NCBI GenBank assembly: GCA_963675295.2
Contig: CAXXKJ010000002.1
Span: forward strand, 3,328,001-3,392,000
Direction of reading: 5' to 3'
From: a bacterium
GTDB taxonomy: Bacteria > Electryoneota > Electryoneia > Electryoneales > Electryoneaceae
DNA length: 64,000 nt
How positions within the stretch are numbered: the stretch's first letter is position 1; every line of letters starts with the position of its first letter. The notes beneath the pieces are model-generated. The model ran no database searches and was not told the DNA's origin. It saw nothing but the letters and a program-made list of their open reading frames with translations. Shown here piece by piece: positions 49,547 through 57,658 of this stretch. Made by a program: the position numbers and the translations under genes.

Positions 49547-49591
49547 ACTTTTAAGCCCAAGGCCGTGGGTTCGAGTCCCACCATCCTCACA
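49543..49591 (+). other. 3' fragment of a tRNA-Lys(TTT)-like gene: island att duplication
   Basis: Anticodon arm tggga-cttttaa-gccca (one mismatch), T-arm gtggg-ttcgagt-cccac, acceptor 3' strand catcctca; no 5' half upstream; GC rises to the right. Confidence 0.8.
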
Positions 49592-49596
49592 AGGAT

Positions 49597-49624
49597 ACGG
49601 CCATCCGTGATCACGGATGGCCGT
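49597..49624. terminator. Perfect 28-bp palindrome, probable tRNA/bidirectional terminator
   Basis: acggccatccgtga|tcacggatggccgt followed by ttgt. Confidence 0.7.
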
Positions 49625-49710
49625 TTGTGATGGTGAAAGGCATTATTCAGGCACGATGAGACGTCAGCGTAAGCATTCACACCCGTAGTCACGTTTCGAA
49701 GCAATCCCCA

Positions 49711-52700
49711 TCAGCGCAGCACAGTCATTCGTTGCGGTGAACTCTGGCCACCGTTCCATGTCAGTTGGGCGAAATAGGTGCCGGAGGCGTGTGTGGCGGC
49801 GTTCCAGACCATCGTTTGCGTGCCTGAGCTGGAAGCAGCCAGCGGGACCGTCGCGACACGTTGCCCGAGCACATTGCTGATGACGACGCGCAAGTTCGCG
49901 CCGGACCAGCCGCCGGGCACCATCACCTGAAGCGTAACCGACGGATTAGCCGGGTTCGGAAAAACGGGTAGCAGCGTGGGGACTCCGGGCATTGTCGCAG
50001 AGTCTATGGATTCCGAACCTCGCAGTGGTCCGTCTGGCACACTCACGTACCCGCCCGCGAAGGTGAACACCGCTCCGGCGCCATACAATTCCTGCCCGAT
50101 CTGGCCGGACAGCTGGGAGCCGTCACGCAGGTCCTCGAGCGGGATGTACAGGTTGGGATCGTTGTAGCCGATTTCCGGGCTGTCGTCAATCATGGCTTGG
50201 GGTATGTTTGGCGGCAACGAGTACCAGACCGGCTCATTCATCCGGTCGAGGATGCGTCCGAGCAACGTGGCAACATTCGGATCGAGCTGGTTTCCGGCGG
50301 TTTCGTACGCTTCCCGCAGGTAGCGGTAGACTTCGTGCTGTTCCTTCGCCGCGATATAATGGATCGTGTGCATCGCGTTGAAGCCGCCCATGACGGTATA
50401 ATCGGCCGCATACCCGAAATCGGATTCGTACAGCCACGCATGCCGCAACAAATTCCCCAGCGACAGGTTGAGCAGGTCAAGGTACTCCGGATCGTCGGTG
50501 ATGTCGTAGAGTTTCGCGCACGCCGCCGCCGAAGCCGCGGTCATATGCATCTCGTACGTCATGTCCATGCCGGTGCCGCGCAAGGCCTGAATCGACGCCT
50601 CAGCCTCATTGAGGTACAGATCGTTATCGCTGTGATACCACAGGGCGAGCATCAGCCACGCGTACGCACCGGCGACATCGGGTTCACTACCGCTGATCGG
50701 CTCCCAGGTTCCATACTCGAAGAACACCGGGAAGTGGTAATCGACATGGCGTGCGAAGGCGATCACCGCCGGCACGGAATCATACAGCAGGTCGCGCGCG
50801 GTCGGGTTTCCCAGCAGCATCAACCGGGCGAGATCGCAGTGCAGTTGGATGGTGTACCAGCTATCACCACCGGAAATCCCGGTGTTTGGCGCGTTGTTGA
50901 CAAAGGTCTGGTGCTCTTCGTTCCAGAAATACGGCAGCGTCGCGGTCAAAGTGGACGCCAGTTGCTCGCCGTCCGGATCATCGTTGTACTCGAGCCATGA
51001 GCTCAACGCAACCAGTACATCGAGCTGGGCAATCGCCTCGGCTGCTCCGGGACGATCGGCGCCGACATACGCCCGCAGCATCGGCTGTGTGCCGACCGTG
51101 GTCCAGCAATCGTCCGTATTCAGCAGGTTGTCGATGGCCACACCGGCTGTGTTCGCCCAATCATGCTGTTCCGGTCCCTGCCACCAGCTTTCGACCTGCA
51201 GTGCCCGGGCCACTCCGGATGAATACCGTGAGGCGACGTCGATTTCATCCGCCGGATAACCGGGCTGCAGCTCGAGATGTGAGCGCGCCAGAGTAACGGA
51301 CGGGCTGGACACCGGTCCATTGGCCAACGGAGGCCGGAAACCGAAGCCGTTCTCGTTGCCCCCCACTCCCTGCACTGGCAATTCGTCGGCAAGTTGGAAC
51401 CATTCATCCCAGACCGTGAGGTACTCAAAAAGTAGAGCGGTGCCCTGGATCACCTCGGTGTCTTCAATCAACACGGCCGGAGTCGCGTACGGCTGCTGCA
51501 CACTGTGAACGGCTACTGTTGTTGGTACCGGGTCCCCATTCTCCGCAAACTGTACCGGCCAGGTGGACGTGGTGAACTCGGCCCCATCCATACCGCTAGC
51601 CTCACATTCCCACGAGAACCAGCCGGGCACGGCGGTCACATAGAGCGTCGTCGTGGTCGATCCCCAGGCATGATCCTTTTCCCAGACCAGGTTGTAGGTC
51701 GACCATTCTTCAGAAACGGTGAAACTGGTCGCGCCGGTCAGCAGATCGAGCCCAAACCCGTTCAACGGCAGCATCAGGTGACGATCCTGCCCCTGCGATG
51801 TGAGATAGACAACGTCTCCGGTTTCCGTCTCATGCCAGTAAATCGTGTAGCTGCCTGAGATCAGCTCGGCGTGGGTTGCCGACCAGTCCACGAGGATGAC
51901 ATCGCCTTCGCTGGCGGGCTCAATGCCGACTAAGATGTGTTCCGGGTCGCCGTCGATGCCGTCCGGATCGTCCAACACGACGCGCACGTCATACACCTGA
52001 TCCGTGAGTTCGCCGGTGTTGAGACGGAAGGTGCCGTCGACACGGTTCATCAGGCCGTGGTTGGTCCAATCCGACTGACCGGTGGGGCTGGTGAACAGGT
52101 CGGCGGTGGCGTTCTGGTTATCGTCTCCGCTGAAGGTCATGCGTGCGGAAATCGCGTCAACAATCCCGACGGCACTCAATTCGCCGGGCACCAGTTCATC
52201 TCCGAGCGGGATTGCTTCGATGTCGTCCACCCACACCTGTCCGGACGCCAGCGCACGTTTGCGCAGATCCCAGTCAGCGTAATGAGCATTCGCGGGCGCC
52301 TGCAACTCGACCATCACCTCGTACCAGCCTGCATTGCTCACGGACTGATCCAGCCAGACATAGTGGTCCGGCGCGATGAAGCCGCTCAGGTGTCCACTTG
52401 CCTGGCCGGTGCCGAAACGGATGACCATCGCCCAGCGGTGGTCGTCGTCGGAGGGGTTGGTGTTGACGTTTTCCTGCCACACCCACATCGAGAAACGGTA
52501 GTGTCCGCCGGGTTCGACGGGGAACGCATTGCTCACCCACCACGCTTCGCCCTGTGTGCCGGACTGCGCTTTCAGGCTGCGGTCGCCAGTGCGCGCGCGA
52601 TCGTCGGGCCAGGTGAGCGCGTTGGACGGGCCTTCCCGATAGAAATAGTCAGGTGTCGAACCGGAACCGTCCTCGACGGAACCGTTCGGGAGGACGGACT

Positions 52701-52767
52701 GCGCCCATGCTTGGGGAGTCATGAGCGCGAGTCCGAACAGCAACGAAAGGGTAATCGCGCGGGACAT
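49711..52767 (-). CDS. Secreted CBM4/9-like + putative (alpha/alpha)-barrel glycosidase-like protein with T9SS-type CTD
   Basis: Signal peptide; NGSVE..W...VWVDDI CBM pattern; helical W/Y/E/D-rich core; FPNPANPS..NVLGQRV..SGTYF CTD. Confidence 0.7.
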   Translation of the reverse strand: MSRAITLSLLFGLALMTPQAWAQSVLPNGSVEDGSGSTPDYFYREGPSNALTWPDDRARTGDRSLKAQSGTQGEAWWVSNAFPVEPGGHYRFSMWVWQENVNTNPSDDDHRWAMVIRFGTGQASGHLSGFIAPDHYVWLDQSVSNAGWYEVMVELQAPANAHYADWDLRKRALASGQVWVDDIEAIPLGDELVPGELSAVGIVDAISARMTFSGDDNQNATADLFTSPTGQSDWTNHGLMNRVDGTFRLNTGELTDQVYDVRVVLDDPDGIDGDPEHILVGIEPASEGDVILVDWSATHAELISGSYTIYWHETETGDVVYLTSQGQDRHLMLPLNGFGLDLLTGATSFTVSEEWSTYNLVWEKDHAWGSTTTTLYVTAVPGWFSWECEASGMDGAEFTTSTWPVQFAENGDPVPTTVAVHSVQQPYATPAVLIEDTEVIQGTALLFEYLTVWDEWFQLADELPVQGVGGNENGFGFRPPLANGPVSSPSVTLARSHLELQPGYPADEIDVASRYSSGVARALQVESWWQGPEQHDWANTAGVAIDNLLNTDDCWTTVGTQPMLRAYVGADRPGAAEAIAQLDVLVALSSWLEYNDDPDGEQLASTLTATLPYFWNEEHQTFVNNAPNTGISGGDSWYTIQLHCDLARLMLLGNPTARDLLYDSVPAVIAFARHVDYHFPVFFEYGTWEPISGSEPDVAGAYAWLMLALWYHSDNDLYLNEAEASIQALRGTGMDMTYEMHMTAASAAACAKLYDITDDPEYLDLLNLSLGNLLRHAWLYESDFGYAADYTVMGGFNAMHTIHYIAAKEQHEVYRYLREAYETAGNQLDPNVATLLGRILDRMNEPVWYSLPPNIPQAMIDDSPEIGYNDPNLYIPLEDLRDGSQLSGQIGQELYGAGAVFTFAGGYVSVPDGPLRGSESIDSATMPGVPTLLPVFPNPANPSVTLQVMVPGGWSGANLRVVISNVLGQRVATVPLAASSSGTQTMVWNAATHASGTYFAQLTWNGGQSSPQRMTVLR

Positions 52768-52830
52768 GCTGTTTTCCTCCCTGACTGAAACGCGCCGGCA
52801 GTCCGGCGCGGGGGTGGTTAATCGTTGTGT

Positions 52831-52872
52831 GTCTTTGGTCTTTGGTCTGTGGTCTGTGGTCTTTAGTCAGTT
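52831..52872. repeat. Intergenic heptamer tandem repeat (gtct(t/g)tg, about 6 copies)
   Basis: gtctttg gtctttg gtctgtg gtctgtg gtcttta gtcagtt; a second heptamer run (ccgcagt) lies at about 52981-53001. Confidence 0.6.
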
Positions 52873-53249
52873 GCCGAGGTCCGTAGTTCGCAGTCCGCCG
52901 TCCACAAAATGGTGCCCGTGATTGTCCGCCGGTCTGTTTCGGCGGCTATCGCGGGTCATCATCCCGCCAGAGCCTGGCTCCCGCAGTCCGCAGTCCGCAG
53001 CCTATGTTGTGTGCACCGACCAGCTTGCTGGTCGGGATTTGCCGGTACTCGTCGACCACCGCAGCCCGCGACCGAGAACACCATGACACCCGACTTGGCA
53101 ACAGCACCATGCCAGGCCACACTCGCCCGGAAACGCCGTCACGCTTCATGTACCACGGACTCTAGTTTGTAGGTTTCTTTTTCAGTTTCGTCTTTTGCAT
53201 CTTTTGCGTCGGTTGCATCCGTTGCCTTGCCCATCGCCCACAGCCCCGT

Positions 53250-54284
53250 TCAGAACTGCACGCCGAGACTGTAGCGGAACACATTTTCCAGCCGCCCGAA
53301 GTCGGCGTAGGTGATGTCCGCGATGAATGCGACATTGCTGTGCAGACGATACCGCAGGCCGGCCCCGAGGGTCATGCCCTGCTCGCTGTCATCGAGGAAC
53401 AGGGTCTTGTAGCCGCCGCGCAGATACGCCCAATTGCGCATGTTGAGTTCGGCGCCAAGGTTGACGTACTCGTAGTTATTGTTCGGGTGCACGGCATCGA
53501 TCGCAGCGATCAGCTTGTATTCGGTACCGATATCCCACGGGTACGACAGCCCCGCCCGGAACGTCAGCGGCAACGACCACGTCTCGGTTTCCAGATTGCC
53601 CTGGATCTTGTCGTTATTTCCGGGATTGTTCGGATCGGTATCGTAGTAGATGCGGGTGTCACGGCCCGTCATCTGCATGTCACTGCCCCAGTTGCTGATC
53701 GACATGCCGAGCTTCAGCTTGTCGAACGGTGTGTCGAACAGCAGGCCCATGTCCAGCGCCACAGCGGACGCGTCCATGTGCCAGATGTACTGGCGCACGT
53801 ACTTCCCGGTGACACCGATACTCAGCTTGTCGGTCAGCATCGCGGCGAAGGACGCACCGAACGCCATGTCGCCAGCGTCGAAGTATTCACCCGTGCCGTC
53901 GGGCAGATCGACGGTACGAACCGCCATCTCGTCCATCGAGACCGTTGTCACGAACGCGCCGAACGCCATGTTGTTGCCCACCGGAATAACGCCGGAAACG
54001 TTGTCGAAGCTGATGTCGGCCAGCCACTCGGCGTGCACGAACATGGTTTCCGAATACGGCAGCCGTGCCATCCCGGCCGGGTTCCAGTAGATCGCGCTGG
54101 CGTCATTGGCGACCGCGACGAACGCGCCACCCATGGACGTTGCACGCGCTCCAACCCCGATCTCGAGGAATGTGGCGGCGGTGGTGCCGACCTTGGAGAC
54201 ATTGCTGACGAATTGTGCCTGTGCAATCGGAACGGCGAGCAGGACCGTCACCAGCACAGCGAGAATCAGGTACGTAGTTCTCAT
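53250..54284 (-). CDS. PorV/PorQ-family outer-membrane beta-barrel
   Basis: FLEIGVGARATSMGGAFVAVANDASAIYWNPAG; C-terminal Phe. Confidence 0.85.
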   Translation of the reverse strand: MRTTYLILAVLVTVLLAVPIAQAQFVSNVSKVGTTAATFLEIGVGARATSMGGAFVAVANDASAIYWNPAGMARLPYSETMFVHAEWLADISFDNVSGVIPVGNNMAFGAFVTTVSMDEMAVRTVDLPDGTGEYFDAGDMAFGASFAAMLTDKLSIGVTGKYVRQYIWHMDASAVALDMGLLFDTPFDKLKLGMSISNWGSDMQMTGRDTRIYYDTDPNNPGNNDKIQGNLETETWSLPLTFRAGLSYPWDIGTEYKLIAAIDAVHPNNNYEYVNLGAELNMRNWAYLRGGYKTLFLDDSEQGMTLGAGLRYRLHSNVAFIADITYADFGRLENVFRYSLGVQF

Positions 54285-54295
54285 GGTCCCCTCCC

Positions 54296-57200
54296 CTATT
54301 TGATCACCGCGAATTTGCCGATGTGTTCACCAACTCCCGGCGCATCCACGTGGTACAGGTAGATGCCGTACGCGATGTCCATCCCGTCCTTGCTGACCAG
54401 GTTCCACGATTCCGCGCCGTTTTCCATCGGCTCGTTGTGGTAGATCGTGTCAACGAGATACCCCGCCATCGTGTAAATGCGGATCGTGCATTCCTTCGGC
54501 AGGTGGATGAAGTCGATTTTGCGTGGACCACGGCCTGAGGTAAAGTTCACCCGCGGTTCCCACTCCGCCGCGACGACATACGGATTCGGCACCACCGCGA
54601 TCCGGTCGAGCTGTTCCTTCTCGAGGCCGCGGTCCAGCTGTCCGTCATGCACGGTGAAGCGGTACCTGTCATCCGGGCTGAACGGGACAGGTGCGATGTA
54701 GCCCTGCCGGTCACCGGCGGAAGGCTCGAGAATCGGCGTATCGCCAAGCACGATCGTCGTGTCGAACCCAACCACAGTCGTGTCGATTGATCCGTTGTTG
54801 ACCAGGAAATAGTGGCCAAGGCCAAGGATGATCCGGCTCGGTTCTTCATCGAAAGTGAGTTTCGGCAGCACCCAGAAATCGTGCCGCACATCCACCGAAT
54901 CCCCTTGCCCGGTCGCGACTCGTACCGTGTCAGGCAGGTAAACGAAGTCGCAGGGCTCATCGAGTGTCAGGTTCCAGACCTGGAAATTGACAGGCACTTC
55001 CTTGAATGAGCCGAGCGTGGAGATGCTGGTGTCGACGATCTCGTCGCTGAACCGCACCTCGTAGGAATACGGCAGCTTCATCGACAGCATCAGACCGTTC
55101 TTGTCGCGGTAGAAATCGATGTTGCTGTGGTAGTTTGTCCCGCCAGCGTTCACGTACCAGGCGGTATCCAGCTCGATAGTTTCCATCTCGGCGTAGTCAA
55201 CGAAGCGATTGAACGGCAGCACGCTGATGCCATCGATCAATTCGGGTTCAAAGAATGACACCGCCTGATGCCAGTACTGCAACGTGTCGGCGTCCGGATC
55301 TTGGGTGAAGTACCGTCCGCGCCGCAACTGGTCGCTGATCCAGAAGATCGGATCGCCTTCCAAGTACGGGCCGAAATAGCCGAACACACCGGACGGGCTC
55401 TCGTATTTCAGCACGTCGTTGTTGCCGGTGATGTCATACAGCTGGAATCCATCGACGAAGTTGAGGAAGCTGTTGCCAAATGCCGTCGCAGGTGTGAACC
55501 GGACCTCGTAGGTGTGTCCATCGAGCAGCGAATCCGGATTCAGAATTTCGACCTGAATCTCGGCGTTCGAACTACCGTTGGCGTGTTCGACACCGTTCTC
55601 CAGTTGCGGAGGCGTATACCCGGCCGCGGGCGCATTGGGCGTGACCGTTGCCGTATTGATATCCAACGTGACCTCGCCGCCGACATCGCCGATGATCGTG
55701 CTCGTGCATTCGGTTGGCGCAATTCCGATGATGTTACCGCTCGGATCAAGTTCCGGCACGAAGCGGACGCGGACACTGTCGGACCCGTCGGCAGCGACCA
55801 GCGTATCGATCAGCGTCTCGCCCTCGATGTAGCCGTAATCGTACGAGACGACCGCGTAGTAATACGGCATCCCGTTGGTGACGTCGGTATCGACGAATGA
55901 GTGGCGCAGACCAGTATCTTCGCCGAGATCGAATGTCGCGCCGTACACGTTGACGGGATGTGGGCCGTAGCGTCCATCATCCAGGTCAAACTGCACGAGT
56001 GGGTTGCGGAAGGTCGGATTGCCGTACGCGTCAGTCACGATCTTCGAATCGATGAAACTCGGGTCGGTGCTGCGGTAGATCCGGTACCCTTCGAAATCGT
56101 ATTCCTGCAGGAACCGGTCGTACGAATCTTCCGCGCGGGTATCCCAGTACAACGTGACCTTGTTGTCACCAGCGTTCGCGGTGATTGTCGGCTTGTACGG
56201 CGGCTGCGCGAAGTTGTAATTCGCGTTGTAGATCGCCTGCACCGTTTTCTTGTTACGGATCAGGTCGTCTTCGTTATTGCCGAACAGCAGCGCCATGCTG
56301 AACCGTTCGGTCTGGCCAACCGCCAGCGGGAACTTGCCGGAGGCGAACAGCATCCCGAGGTTGACGCCTTCCAGCTGCTCATCCGTCGGCGGTGTCAAGC
56401 GCCCGAGTACTTCCCAATTCTGTTCCTCGTCGATCAACTGGTAGGCGTGCAGCGCGAAAATGAGGAACGCCGTCAGGCCGATCTGGTCAGATTCATCCTT
56501 ATCCAGCGCGTCGAAATCGGGTTCGCCGGGAGTCGGTAGACCGTCACCCTCGCCCTCGTCCGGCATGATGTAGCTGGGGTCGTTGGGACCGACGCCATCG
56601 AGGCCGACATCATCGTTCAGCGGTTCTGTTGGATCCCATTCGCCGTTCTCGTTGACATCGAGGTACGGATCCCAGTCGCCATCGTTGTCGATACCGTCCG
56701 CGCGGGATTCGTCAACAATGCCGTCTTCGTCGTTGTCGATGCCGTCGGTTTCGTTGCCCGGCGATTCGAGGTAGGCAAATCCAGCGTACCCGACCGGTGC
56801 CCAGCCGAGATCGCCCTCGCCATCACCGTCCCATGCATACGCCAGGTCGATGTCCGTGAAATAGGAACCGGCGTCATCGGAGGAGTTGTCCGTCCCCCCG
56901 AGTCCCCAGTCGATCAGGAAGCCGAAGATGGCTTTGTCGTAGTCGGTTTTCCCGATGTTCTCAATGTCGTAGTGCCAGAAGATGCAGTCTTCCGCGAGCA
57001 CGTGATTCCACTGGAACGCGCGCACGCCGACGTTCAACCCCAACCCACGCCGCAACTCATCGTCTGGATCGGGGTAAAACTCGTACTCGCTGTCCTTGGC
57101 GTCATCCATCCGGAAGTAGGTTTCCAGGTCAGCGTTGAACACCCCGCGCCCGAAGTACCCGTTCCAGTATCCGTCCCATGCCGCGTCGCGGTCCGGCCAG

Positions 57201-57649
57201 GTCCACGGCCAAGTCGACTCGAGATCCGACATCGCCGGTTCATCCTGGTTCGGGTTGGCGTAGCCGGGTAGCGGTTCCCAACCCATCGCCTCTCCGGTGA
57301 CCGGATCGTAGTCAATATCCTCGCGATACTGCGCCGACATCGGATGAATCAGGTTGCCATTGACGTCGTACGTTTCCGCCATCACCAGCATCGCGACGCC
57401 GTCGATGTAACTGTGGTTCGTGCCTTTCGGCCACACTCCGGACGGCTGCGTCGGCCAGTTGGCGATCATCCCGTAGTTGAAGAACTGGGTCACGACCTGG
57501 TTGCCGTCCATGATGCCGCGTTTGCGGTGTTGACGGCTACCGTAGGGTCCTTCCGCGTAAGCCTGCCCCAGCAGACCGGCTGCGAGCACCAGCGCCAGGA
57601 TGGAGGCCGGCGTCGCCCAACGGCTGATTCTGCGAACTGCTGCGCTCAT
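54296..57649 (-). CDS. Large secreted protein with Ca-binding DxDxDG motifs, FN3-like domain and CTD-like tail
   Basis: DGIDNDEDG repeats; DFEGYRIYRS, YYYAVVSYD; VVPNPY...IRIYTMAG.LV...W.L..YGIYLYHV. Confidence 0.75.
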   Translation of the reverse strand: MSAAVRRISRWATPASILALVLAAGLLGQAYAEGPYGSRQHRKRGIMDGNQVVTQFFNYGMIANWPTQPSGVWPKGTNHSYIDGVAMLVMAETYDVNGNLIHPMSAQYREDIDYDPVTGEAMGWEPLPGYANPNQDEPAMSDLESTWPWTWPDRDAAWDGYWNGYFGRGVFNADLETYFRMDDAKDSEYEFYPDPDDELRRGLGLNVGVRAFQWNHVLAEDCIFWHYDIENIGKTDYDKAIFGFLIDWGLGGTDNSSDDAGSYFTDIDLAYAWDGDGEGDLGWAPVGYAGFAYLESPGNETDGIDNDEDGIVDESRADGIDNDGDWDPYLDVNENGEWDPTEPLNDDVGLDGVGPNDPSYIMPDEGEGDGLPTPGEPDFDALDKDESDQIGLTAFLIFALHAYQLIDEEQNWEVLGRLTPPTDEQLEGVNLGMLFASGKFPLAVGQTERFSMALLFGNNEDDLIRNKKTVQAIYNANYNFAQPPYKPTITANAGDNKVTLYWDTRAEDSYDRFLQEYDFEGYRIYRSTDPSFIDSKIVTDAYGNPTFRNPLVQFDLDDGRYGPHPVNVYGATFDLGEDTGLRHSFVDTDVTNGMPYYYAVVSYDYGYIEGETLIDTLVAADGSDSVRVRFVPELDPSGNIIGIAPTECTSTIIGDVGGEVTLDINTATVTPNAPAAGYTPPQLENGVEHANGSSNAEIQVEILNPDSLLDGHTYEVRFTPATAFGNSFLNFVDGFQLYDITGNNDVLKYESPSGVFGYFGPYLEGDPIFWISDQLRRGRYFTQDPDADTLQYWHQAVSFFEPELIDGISVLPFNRFVDYAEMETIELDTAWYVNAGGTNYHSNIDFYRDKNGLMLSMKLPYSYEVRFSDEIVDTSISTLGSFKEVPVNFQVWNLTLDEPCDFVYLPDTVRVATGQGDSVDVRHDFWVLPKLTFDEEPSRIILGLGHYFLVNNGSIDTTVVGFDTTIVLGDTPILEPSAGDRQGYIAPVPFSPDDRYRFTVHDGQLDRGLEKEQLDRIAVVPNPYVVAAEWEPRVNFTSGRGPRKIDFIHLPKECTIRIYTMAGYLVDTIYHNEPMENGAESWNLVSKDGMDIAYGIYLYHVDAPGVGEHIGKFAVIK

Positions 57650-57658
57650 GCCACCTCC

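Noticed and set aside
49500-49591. Intact tRNA gene
   Set aside because: No 5' acceptor strand or D-arm; only the anticodon-to-3' portion is present.
52831-53240. Intergenic heptamer repeats as a structured RNA or mobile element
   Set aside because: Low-complexity runs without convincing pairing or terminal repeats.
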